Positions 57,138 to 64,000 of a DNA stretch of 64,000 bases are shown here, piece after piece (the first letter of the stretch is position 1; each line of letters starts with the position of its first letter). The notes under the pieces are model-generated. The model had not been told where the DNA came from and did not search any database. It saw only the letters and a list, made by a program, of their open reading frames with translations. The position numbers and the translations under genes were made by a program. The stretch is from a virus (Duplodnaviria > Caudoviricetes): IMG/VR virus record IMGVR_UViG_3300001525_000092, positions 1-64,000 of that record; one strand, written 5' to 3'.

Positions 57138-57605
57138 TTAATATAGTTGTATGTGCTTCTCATATTCGGAATCTTTTCTCATAGTAGACGAGAAGTTGCT
57201 ATATTTGCCAACTGTCTTGATGACAACATTGCATTTCTTAAACTTTGAATCTGACCAAGACACGAATCCAACAACTGTCAGAGGATGCTCTCTGTTCTTT
57301 CTAGCATCTGTTATGACAAAAGTGTACTGCTTCTTGTCTTTGTAGCTTGCAACTTTCAATGCTCCGTCTTTCAACAACTGCTTTATGTCCTTCTTAGCAC
57401 CCATTACAGCATTCACAATCTCATCATTAGTCACCTTTCTCTCAGACTTTCTGTCTTCAACATGGTCACCTATCATGATGCTTATGGGAGTGAACTTGTA
57501 TGATCCGTCCGGCTGTCTGAGTGGCCATATCTTCTTGTTAGCCTCAAGAATCAAGTCTAAGCTAATTCCAAGATTCTCATTGATATATTGTTTAAAGTTT
57601 AGCAT
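57138..57605 (-). CDS. Protein with capsid-targeting-like N-terminus and possible BECR/DUF4258-like RNase fold
   Basis: MLNFKQYINE...LILE; GDHVEDRKSERKVTNDEIVNAV...VVIKTV. Confidence 0.5.
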   Translation of the reverse strand: MLNFKQYINENLGISLDLILEANKKIWPLRQPDGSYKFTPISIMIGDHVEDRKSERKVTNDEIVNAVMGAKKDIKQLLKDGALKVASYKDKKQYTFVITDARKNREHPLTVVGFVSWSDSKFKKCNVVIKTVGKYSNFSSTMRKDSEYEKHIQLY

Positions 57606-57611
57606 GTTTTC

Positions 57612-57640
57612 TTTGAAATTTTCTTAGTTGTTACTATATT
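57612..57640 (+). promoter_or_regulatory. Putative early promoter TTGAAA-N16-TATATT
   Basis: TTGAAA 57613-57618, TATATT 57635-57640. Confidence 0.75.
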
Positions 57641-57670
57641 AGATATGTAAAAATAAAACGAATAATAATT

Positions 57671-57952
57671 ATGAAAATGAATACAACAACTATAAAGTCA
57701 CAAGTAGAGAACATTGCAAAGAAGCTCAACATCAAGTTAGTAAACTTGAATGTAGAACTGAATCCTTCTTTTGACTATGGCAAAGACACTACTAATGACA
57801 TCTACTCAGTGAGTGCTAAAGTAGAGAATCCAGAAGCAATCTCTCAAGACAAGATGAAGTCATTCATGTCTACAGTAGAAAGTGAATGCTATGAAGACTG
57901 GAAATATGAGACTTACATTGATATAGAGAACTTTGACATTGAAGAAGACTAA
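57671..57952 (+). CDS. Hypothetical protein
   Basis: 93-aa ORF behind promoter. Confidence 0.6.
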   Translation: MKMNTTTIKSQVENIAKKLNIKLVNLNVELNPSFDYGKDTTNDIYSVSAKVENPEAISQDKMKSFMSTVESECYEDWKYETYIDIENFDIEED

Positions 57953-57971
57953 TCATAATTATTAATAAGAC

Positions 57972-58244
57972 ATGGCATCAGCAAAAGTAAAGACACTCAC
58001 ACAAGCTATGGTTGAAGTGAAGAAGATAATGGAAAAGTATAGATTTCCTTATCAGAATGTATTTGGTCATTATACTAATGATGACAATTGGGAAATTGAT
58101 GTAGTCTCGGATTGTGAAGATGATGACTTGTATGACAAAGTATATACAAGATGTGGATTCTTGAATGAAGAGAGATGTGAGAGAGACTTGACAGTATTTT
58201 TAGATGACAAATTCAAAGATAGAAGAAAAAATGAACAAGATTAA
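57972..58244 (+). CDS. Hypothetical protein
   Basis: 90-aa ORF. Confidence 0.6.
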   Translation: MASAKVKTLTQAMVEVKKIMEKYRFPYQNVFGHYTNDDNWEIDVVSDCEDDDLYDKVYTRCGFLNEERCERDLTVFLDDKFKDRRKNEQD

Positions 58245-58554
58245 GAAGAATTGGAAGACTATATTGATAGTATTGCTATTGTTGTTTAGCTTGAACAAGT
58301 GCACAGTATCTTGCAATCGTGGTTCTAAGCTAACTAAAGCAGAACAAGAGATTGTCTCAAAAGATAGTGCTATCAAAGTGATGAGTGACTCTATAAAGAC
58401 ATTGAATGTCACCATAGCTAACTTGACTGACAAGAATGGAATGCTGAGAGAGTTCAACAAGCAACAGTCTAAGAGTGACTCATTGAACAGAGCAGTGCAA
58501 CAGAAGCAAATGAATCAAGTTAACTCAGTTATCAATCGTCTAAAGAAGAAGTAA
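58231..58554 (+). CDS. Membrane-anchored coiled-coil protein
   Basis: MNKIKKNWKTILIVLLLLFSLNKC then coiled coil. Confidence 0.6.
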   Translation: MNKIKKNWKTILIVLLLLFSLNKCTVSCNRGSKLTKAEQEIVSKDSAIKVMSDSIKTLNVTIANLTDKNGMLREFNKQQSKSDSLNRAVQQKQMNQVNSVINRLKKK

Positions 58555-58558
58555 CTAT

Positions 58559-59269
58559 ATGGCTAAGAAGAAAGTATCAAAGAACAAGTTCATGTCAGAG
58601 TATGAGTATGACTTGATGTGGATGGCAATTCGATATGCAATAGGTCGCAATACTATATCATCAGGACAGTTAATAAAGGAAGTAGCTATCAATGCATACA
58701 GTAGAATGACTCCTGAAGATCAGATTCTAGAAGCCATAGACATCAGAAGAGAGATAGCAAGCAAGTTGATGATATATCCGTTCAACTTTCGTATGCTTAG
58801 CTCTATTGGCACCGATGAGACTGATTATCTTCCATTAGAGAAGTTCATCAGATGGATGGATGACAACAACATCACGCAACCAGAAGACTTGAACATCTGG
58901 CAGACTATTATCTACAAAGGAGAGAATCAGTATGAATCTATACAGAGAGATGTTCCTGCAGAGTATAGCACATCAGACTACAACAACCTAGTTCCATGGG
59001 CTATGCTTGCTAACTTCTTAGACTATAGACAGCATAAGTTTGCTAAAGACAAAGAAGGCAAAGTAGTAGAGTACTTTGAAGCTTATCAGAGAATCTCATA
59101 CAAGAGCTATGCTTACAAGAAAATCAAGATAAGTGTTGAAGCATTTCATAGCAATCCATATACTGTGATTGATTTGAAAGATGTGGATGACATCACTCTT
59201 AAAGAAGCCATCAAGTGGTATGAAGGAAATGAACTAGAGACGCCATTAGCATTGACATTAGAAAAGTAA
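58559..59269 (+). CDS. Hypothetical phage protein
   Basis: 236 aa, MAIRYAIGRNT motif. Confidence 0.65.
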   Translation: MAKKKVSKNKFMSEYEYDLMWMAIRYAIGRNTISSGQLIKEVAINAYSRMTPEDQILEAIDIRREIASKLMIYPFNFRMLSSIGTDETDYLPLEKFIRWMDDNNITQPEDLNIWQTIIYKGENQYESIQRDVPAEYSTSDYNNLVPWAMLANFLDYRQHKFAKDKEGKVVEYFEAYQRISYKSYAYKKIKISVEAFHSNPYTVIDLKDVDDITLKEAIKWYEGNELETPLALTLEK

Positions 59270-59282
59270 CAACATAACTAAC

Positions 59283-59657
59283 ATGATAGACAAACTTAAG
59301 AACATCTGGACAAAGATATGCCTTGCCGTTTACATCCTGAAGGCAGACAACAATCTTGTGTTGACAGATAGTGTGTTTCATACATCAGTGAAGAACATTG
59401 ACATTCTTGGAGATCCAAAGACGCAGAACTATGTGTGTCTAGAGAATGCAGAAGGTGGATTTGACATAGCATACATGATTCCATGGAACATGGGTCAGAA
59501 GTGCTTCACCATCACTGTATCAAGGCTTAAAGGTGACAATGCAGGTGCTATAGCAGATGCTACCATAGACATACTGAACAATCATACTATGTCTGGTCTA
59601 GTGTTTGGTGACAGCAAGAATCAACCTAAGCCTACTAACTATATTCCATACAATTGA
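59283..59657 (+). CDS. Hypothetical protein
   Basis: 124-aa ORF. Confidence 0.6.
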   Translation: MIDKLKNIWTKICLAVYILKADNNLVLTDSVFHTSVKNIDILGDPKTQNYVCLENAEGGFDIAYMIPWNMGQKCFTITVSRLKGDNAGAIADATIDILNNHTMSGLVFGDSKNQPKPTNYIPYN

Positions 59658-59664
59658 TACTATT

Positions 59665-60066
59665 ATGAACAACCCAAATGAAGGTTATTACTTAGATGAC
59701 TATGAGTTTGACTTTGTTGACAAAGATGAGAATTGCAAGACCTTGATTATCAATCCACTCAAAGGTGCTAAGATTGTTAACTTGTATCTTGACTATCATA
59801 ATCATCTTCATGCAGTAGTGAAAGAGCAACCTTATCTGCAGTACAATCCAACAACTATCACAGTCAAGTTGCAACATGCACCTGTATGCAAGATGACTTA
59901 CTCGACTAAGCTGAATCCTGACTTTGATATAGACAACATCTTAGTTGTCGGAAAGAATGATGCTGGGTATCCACAGTTCTACATCTACAAAGACATGGAA
60001 TGTGAATATTGGAAGAATGAGGAGATGCTAGAAAAAGGAAAGCAAATTGTTGGAGGCATTTTTTGA
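59665..60066 (+). CDS. Hypothetical protein
   Basis: In-frame ATG at 59665 within ORF 59605-60066. Confidence 0.6.
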   Translation: MNNPNEGYYLDDYEFDFVDKDENCKTLIINPLKGAKIVNLYLDYHNHLHAVVKEQPYLQYNPTTITVKLQHAPVCKMTYSTKLNPDFDIDNILVVGKNDAGYPQFYIYKDMECEYWKNEEMLEKGKQIVGGIF

Positions 60067-60090
60067 AATTTTCAATTTAATTTCTATATT
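60062..60090 (+). promoter_or_regulatory. Putative early promoter TTGAAA-N16-TATATT
   Basis: TTGAAA 60063-60068, TATATT 60085-60090. Confidence 0.75.
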
Positions 60091-60120
60091 TTAAATGTCA
60101 AACAAATATGATTATAGAAT

Positions 60121-60498
60121 ATGGAAACATTGAAGATGAACATTCGCGGCAAAGAAGAAGAAATCATTCTTCCAGTAAATCGACTTACTGGAACTATGTA
60201 TGTGGGCTCAGATCGTTATTTTGTAGTTTGCAACACTGTTCTTTCTAATAAGAAGTGTGGCATAGTAGTTCTCTATGACATCGATGAGAACAACTACAAG
60301 AACTACATTGAAGTTGGTTCTGATGGTCTTGAGTACTTGAAGGCAGATGCTTACAACAAGATGGTACCTAACAATGAGACTAGATATTACTCACTTCGGA
60401 AGAATGGAGTATGGTATCCAGTCGGACAAGAGATGAGACCTGGATGTTCTGGAGTGAACTTCGGATATGGCAGACCTTATCTAGATCCATCATTCTAG
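60121..60498 (+). CDS. Hypothetical phage protein (GSDRY...YLDPSF type)
   Basis: 125-aa ORF behind promoter. Confidence 0.65.
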   Translation: METLKMNIRGKEEEIILPVNRLTGTMYVGSDRYFVVCNTVLSNKKCGIVVLYDIDENNYKNYIEVGSDGLEYLKADAYNKMVPNNETRYYSLRKNGVWYPVGQEMRPGCSGVNFGYGRPYLDPSF

Positions 60499-60564
60499 CA
60501 ATCTTTTTAAACAATAGATAAACAATAATTAGCAAACATAAATAAACTTAAAATAAACAAAATT

Positions 60565-61032
60565 ATGGCAAACTTGATGATTACAGATGTATTTGACATT
60601 TTCAATGATATTTTCAAAGACTTGGTAGTTCCATCATCTAAAAGTGAAAAGGATGAAGTGAATGAAGAGACTTGGCTCAATGGTGTAGACATGGCTAATG
60701 TGTCAAAAGAAGATCTTGACGAAGTAATGAACTCATTGAAGAAGATGAAGGAGAATGATGTTCTTGCATACATTCTTGGAGATGAGTATCTTGACAAGCT
60801 CATGGGAGAGATTCAAGCTAAGTGGGATATTGCCCATGAAGCTCCTAAAGAGAATGCTCCTGAGTTGCCTGTTGATGACAATCCAAAGACAGTAGATGGA
60901 CAGATTGAGAAGCTTGTTGATGAGTACATGAAAGAGCTTGGTGTGTCTGATCAGCTGAAGTCTAACTATCTCATTCAAGCAGCACGTGATTCTTACATCA
61001 ACTTTGCTAAGTTCATTTATAATCATGAGTAG
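60565..61032 (+). CDS. Hypothetical acidic protein
   Basis: 155-aa ORF. Confidence 0.65.
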   Translation: MANLMITDVFDIFNDIFKDLVVPSSKSEKDEVNEETWLNGVDMANVSKEDLDEVMNSLKKMKENDVLAYILGDEYLDKLMGEIQAKWDIAHEAPKENAPELPVDDNPKTVDGQIEKLVDEYMKELGVSDQLKSNYLIQAARDSYINFAKFIYNHE

Positions 61033-61037
61033 TATAT

Positions 61038-61367
61038 ATGCTGAAAGTAGATGAGTTGCAGAAATCATTGCAGGTGGCATTCGAAGAAGTATTGCCATCT
61101 GCATTCAAAGAGGTGATGAAAGCCATATTGCCTGTCAAGTCAGAAGATGGTGATGACAAAGTCAAAGCTGTAGAAGAGATGGTAAAAGACTTGATAAGCA
61201 AAGACTTGTCAACTCGAATAGCGGAAGCGATTGACTACTATATAAAGAATGCCGACATATATGGAAAGATTGTCACTCTCGGAGGTCCTAGTATGCAAAT
61301 GGCATTGATAGAGAGTCCATTACCTTTTACAAATGGAAAAGTACAAAACACACTAGGAATAAAATGA
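61038..61367 (+). CDS. Hypothetical protein
   Basis: 109-aa ORF. Confidence 0.6.
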   Translation: MLKVDELQKSLQVAFEEVLPSAFKEVMKAILPVKSEDGDDKVKAVEEMVKDLISKDLSTRIAEAIDYYIKNADIYGKIVTLGGPSMQMALIESPLPFTNGKVQNTLGIK

Positions 61368-62557
61368 GAACAGACATTCAACTTTCTATAGATAGACTAA
61401 ACAATATATTTGAAGATGGAATAGAAAAGTATGTTGATCCTATCACTAACTTGACATATGACTATTATGTTCCTTCTACTAATCTTTACATTGACATGAG
61501 ATATGGGATAGAATGGCAAGGACATTCTTTTGATTCTTATAATCGTATTGATATAGAATTGGCGGAGTGGCTTAAAGAGAAGGGTACGGATAATGCACCA
61601 TATAAATGGGTGACAGAAGGATCTGCTAAAGACAATGTTGCTAAGATGTACAATAGAAGCTACATCATATTCTGGTCTATAGAAGAGTTGAATGCATTCT
61701 TTGACATGTCAATGAAGCTAGAATATAGCAATGATGACATGAGAATAGAGTATGAGAAGATACTTAAGCATGATGGAAAGCTCTCATTGTATAGTGGACA
61801 CAACAAGATAGTGAAGCAATTTCAGCAAGAGAACTTGTACCAACCAGAACAAGCATTGTTTGATGACTATGCTAAGAGATACAAGCTATGTAGGAATCGA
61901 GACAAGTATCTTGGTCTCAAGATATGGGACTTGAATGCTAATGACATGATAAATGGATTCAAGATAGCAGGAATGCATTATGGATTTAGCATGTTCAGTC
62001 CTATGATAGGTAAGTGGTTTGTATGGCATTTCAACTTGCAGGACAGTGTGTGTTATGATCCAACTGGAGGATGGGGTCATCGCTTGCTAGGAATAGCACC
62101 ATTTGTGAAGAAGTACATATACAATGACTTGAGTCCTCATACAGTAGAAAGTTGCAAGAGGATAGCACAATGGGCAAATCTAGACAATGTAGAGTATCAC
62201 AATGAGGATGCAACAACATTCATGCCAGATGCAGACTATGACTTCATGTTCACATGTCCTCCTTATTATGCTGATGACAAGAACACTGAAGAGTATGAGT
62301 GTGATGGATTCACTTCATTGGAACAATTCAATGACTTCTTGCTAGGAATGTATGATAAGTTCTTGAAGAAAGAATCTTGCAAGTACTTTGGATTAGTGAT
62401 ACGAGAGGACATGGTACCAGACATCATGAGAAAGGACATCAAAGAATCATACTGTGTAGCAAGAAACTCTAACTCACACTATGCTAGAACATCTAAGCTT
62501 CAAAGAAAGAAGTTCTTAGAATACTTATACATATTCAAGAAAGATGGAATTAAGTGA
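61364..62557 (+). CDS. Amino (N6-A/N4-C) DNA methyltransferase with N-terminal degenerate nuclease-like domain
   Basis: SAM motif CYDPTGGWGHRLLG, catalytic FTCPPYY; N-terminal YDYYVPSTNLYID...H...W...KDNVAK...YIIFWS resembles the local endonuclease domain. Confidence 0.8.
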   Translation: MRTDIQLSIDRLNNIFEDGIEKYVDPITNLTYDYYVPSTNLYIDMRYGIEWQGHSFDSYNRIDIELAEWLKEKGTDNAPYKWVTEGSAKDNVAKMYNRSYIIFWSIEELNAFFDMSMKLEYSNDDMRIEYEKILKHDGKLSLYSGHNKIVKQFQQENLYQPEQALFDDYAKRYKLCRNRDKYLGLKIWDLNANDMINGFKIAGMHYGFSMFSPMIGKWFVWHFNLQDSVCYDPTGGWGHRLLGIAPFVKKYIYNDLSPHTVESCKRIAQWANLDNVEYHNEDATTFMPDADYDFMFTCPPYYADDKNTEEYECDGFTSLEQFNDFLLGMYDKFLKKESCKYFGLVIREDMVPDIMRKDIKESYCVARNSNSHYARTSKLQRKKFLEYLYIFKKDGIK

Positions 62558-63620
62558 TGAAGTGAACAATATATACCTTAAGTATGTTGATTCAAGAAAT
62601 AGAATAATTCCGAAGAAAGTCACACACATTACAGGAGAAGAAATAGAATGTCTTAGAAAATATTTAGTTAATTTGCCCATATCATATACTCCAGTGACAT
62701 TATTGCAACATATCAAAAATAAAGTATATGAAATAGGCAAATGCAAAAGATGTGGCAAACCTACAAAATGGCTAAAAAATCATTATCAAGAATATTGTTG
62801 CTTGCTATGCATGCAAAAATCAATATACGTGAAAGAAAATAGAATTAAGACAAATCTACACAAATACGGTGTCACCAACAATCTAAGAATAGATGATGTA
62901 GTCAAAAAAGCAACATTCAATTCTCACACAAAAGAAGCAATATACAAACAACAACAAACTAGATTAGAAAAATATGGCTACATAACTCCATTCCAAAATG
63001 AAGAAAGTATGTCATTAGCAATTAAAAGATCTCATACATCTAAAGCAGAAAAGAAAAGAAAAAATACTTTTTATAAGAAATATGGAGAAAATAGAAAAGA
63101 AATAGTAGAAAAATACAAAAATACTATGCTGGCTAAATATGGTGTAGAAAATGCTGGACAATTAAAGAAAACAATAGATTCTCATACAAAAGAATCAATT
63201 CTAAAAGGAATAGAAACTAAAAGAAAAAATCATACATTCAACACTTCTAAGCCAGAAGAAGAACTATACTTATACATAAAGTCTAAGTTTCCTAATGTGA
63301 AGAGACAGTACAAAGACAAAGAACGATATCCATATTACTGCGACTTCTACATTCCTGAGCTAGACTACTTTATAGAACTACAAGGTTACTACACTCATGG
63401 GAAAGAACCTTATAATCCTGCTTCTATCAAGCATCAAGCCTTAGTGCAAAGATACAGAGAAAGGTATGGTTCAGATTGCCAAGCAATCACTATATGGACA
63501 ATCAAAGATGTAGAGAAGAGAAACTGTGCTAAAGAGCATAATCTGAACTTCAGAGAAGTATGGTGCTTAGAAGAAGGAAAGAAATTTGTTGATGAATTAT
63601 TTGAAAAATCAATTAGCTAA
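62544..63620 (+). CDS. Free-standing homing endonuclease-like protein
   Basis: CKRC...YCCLLC, KYGV-type repeats, TSKPEE...YPYYCDFYIPELDYFIELQGYYTHG...WTIKDVEKR. Confidence 0.75.
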   Translation: MELSDEVNNIYLKYVDSRNRIIPKKVTHITGEEIECLRKYLVNLPISYTPVTLLQHIKNKVYEIGKCKRCGKPTKWLKNHYQEYCCLLCMQKSIYVKENRIKTNLHKYGVTNNLRIDDVVKKATFNSHTKEAIYKQQQTRLEKYGYITPFQNEESMSLAIKRSHTSKAEKKRKNTFYKKYGENRKEIVEKYKNTMLAKYGVENAGQLKKTIDSHTKESILKGIETKRKNHTFNTSKPEEELYLYIKSKFPNVKRQYKDKERYPYYCDFYIPELDYFIELQGYYTHGKEPYNPASIKHQALVQRYRERYGSDCQAITIWTIKDVEKRNCAKEHNLNFREVWCLEEGKKFVDELFEKSIS

Positions 63621-63707
63621 ATCTATATTACAATTACAAAATAAAGAAATGTGTTGCAACACACATTGACAAGTACAATTAAACAAAAACATTAAAAGTT
63701 AAATTTT

Positions 63708-64000
63708 ATGAGTAACGTAAACATGAATCAGAACGAAAACATTGAAAATGACATCCTAGGCTTCGATCCTACTCAACTCTCATGTTATCAAGAGCAGCCA
63801 CAGCAGACTTCTGGAGGTAATCCTAATATCTATCATCCGAAGCCAGCGCTTTCTAAGAGCGAAGACGGAGTTTACCGCGCACAAATCAAGGTGATTTACA
63901 ATCCTTTCGACTTGAAGAACTCTATCCTTGAGCAACAGAGCTATGCTCTTCAGGATAGCAACGGTTTCTTCTCAGTAGTTAGCTCATTGACTAACAATGA
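63708..64000 (+). CDS. Probable single-stranded DNA-binding protein (gp32-like), 3'-truncated by window edge
   Basis: MSNVNMNQNENIENDILGFDP...NIYHPKPALSKSEDGVYRAQIKVIYNP resembles a gp32 N-terminal core; promoter-like motif at 63601-63629. Confidence 0.5.
   Translation, partial: MSNVNMNQNENIENDILGFDPTQLSCYQEQPQQTSGGNPNIYHPKPALSKSEDGVYRAQIKVIYNPFDLKNSILEQQSYALQDSNGFFSVVSSLTNN

Noticed and set aside
58231-58554. Spanin / lysis cassette
   Set aside because: TM plus coiled coil fits, but no adjacent endolysin, holin or o-spanin is recognisable
1-64000. Stop-codon reassignment (TAG to Gln) as in Lak megaphages and some crAss-like phages
   Set aside because: Conserved genes are full-length in the standard code, several genes end in TAG followed by intergenic DNA, and coding density is high

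Overview
AT-rich, CG-poor, gene-dense segment of a large T4-superfamily-like (jumbo myo-type) phage genome read in the standard genetic code. Its host is most likely a Bacteroidales anaerobe (Prevotella-like OmpA, fimbrillin-like lipoprotein, DAHP synthase-chorismate mutase fusion). Recognisable genes: C-terminal half of a split family-B DNA polymerase, RtcB, sigma-70-family factor, ClpX, ThyX, PD-(D/E)XK exonuclease, NAD-dependent DNA ligase, gp6- and gp25-like baseplate proteins, two RimK-like ATP-grasp ligases (one fused to NlpC/P60), three free-standing homing-endonuclease-like genes, a DNA methyltransferase fusion and the start of a probable gp32-like SSB. No tRNA, rRNA or CRISPR array was seen. 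Highlights: (1) a gene cluster at 48.9-53.6 kb (U32-family Fe-S protein, DAHP synthase/chorismate mutase, probable glycosyltransferase, dNMP kinase) that suggests a prephenate-fuelled, O2-independent base hydroxylation and glycosylation pathway; (2) a probable invertible promoter/start-codon switch bounded by perfect 33-bp inverted repeats (22.7-23.2 kb); (3) about 13 proteins sharing a T4-like capsid-targeting N-terminus; (4) four copies of a GC-rich hairpin element; (5) two putative promoter classes; (6) CG-rich patches at conserved motifs of genes next to the homing endonucleases. All protein assignments come from motifs recognised by eye; no database search was run.
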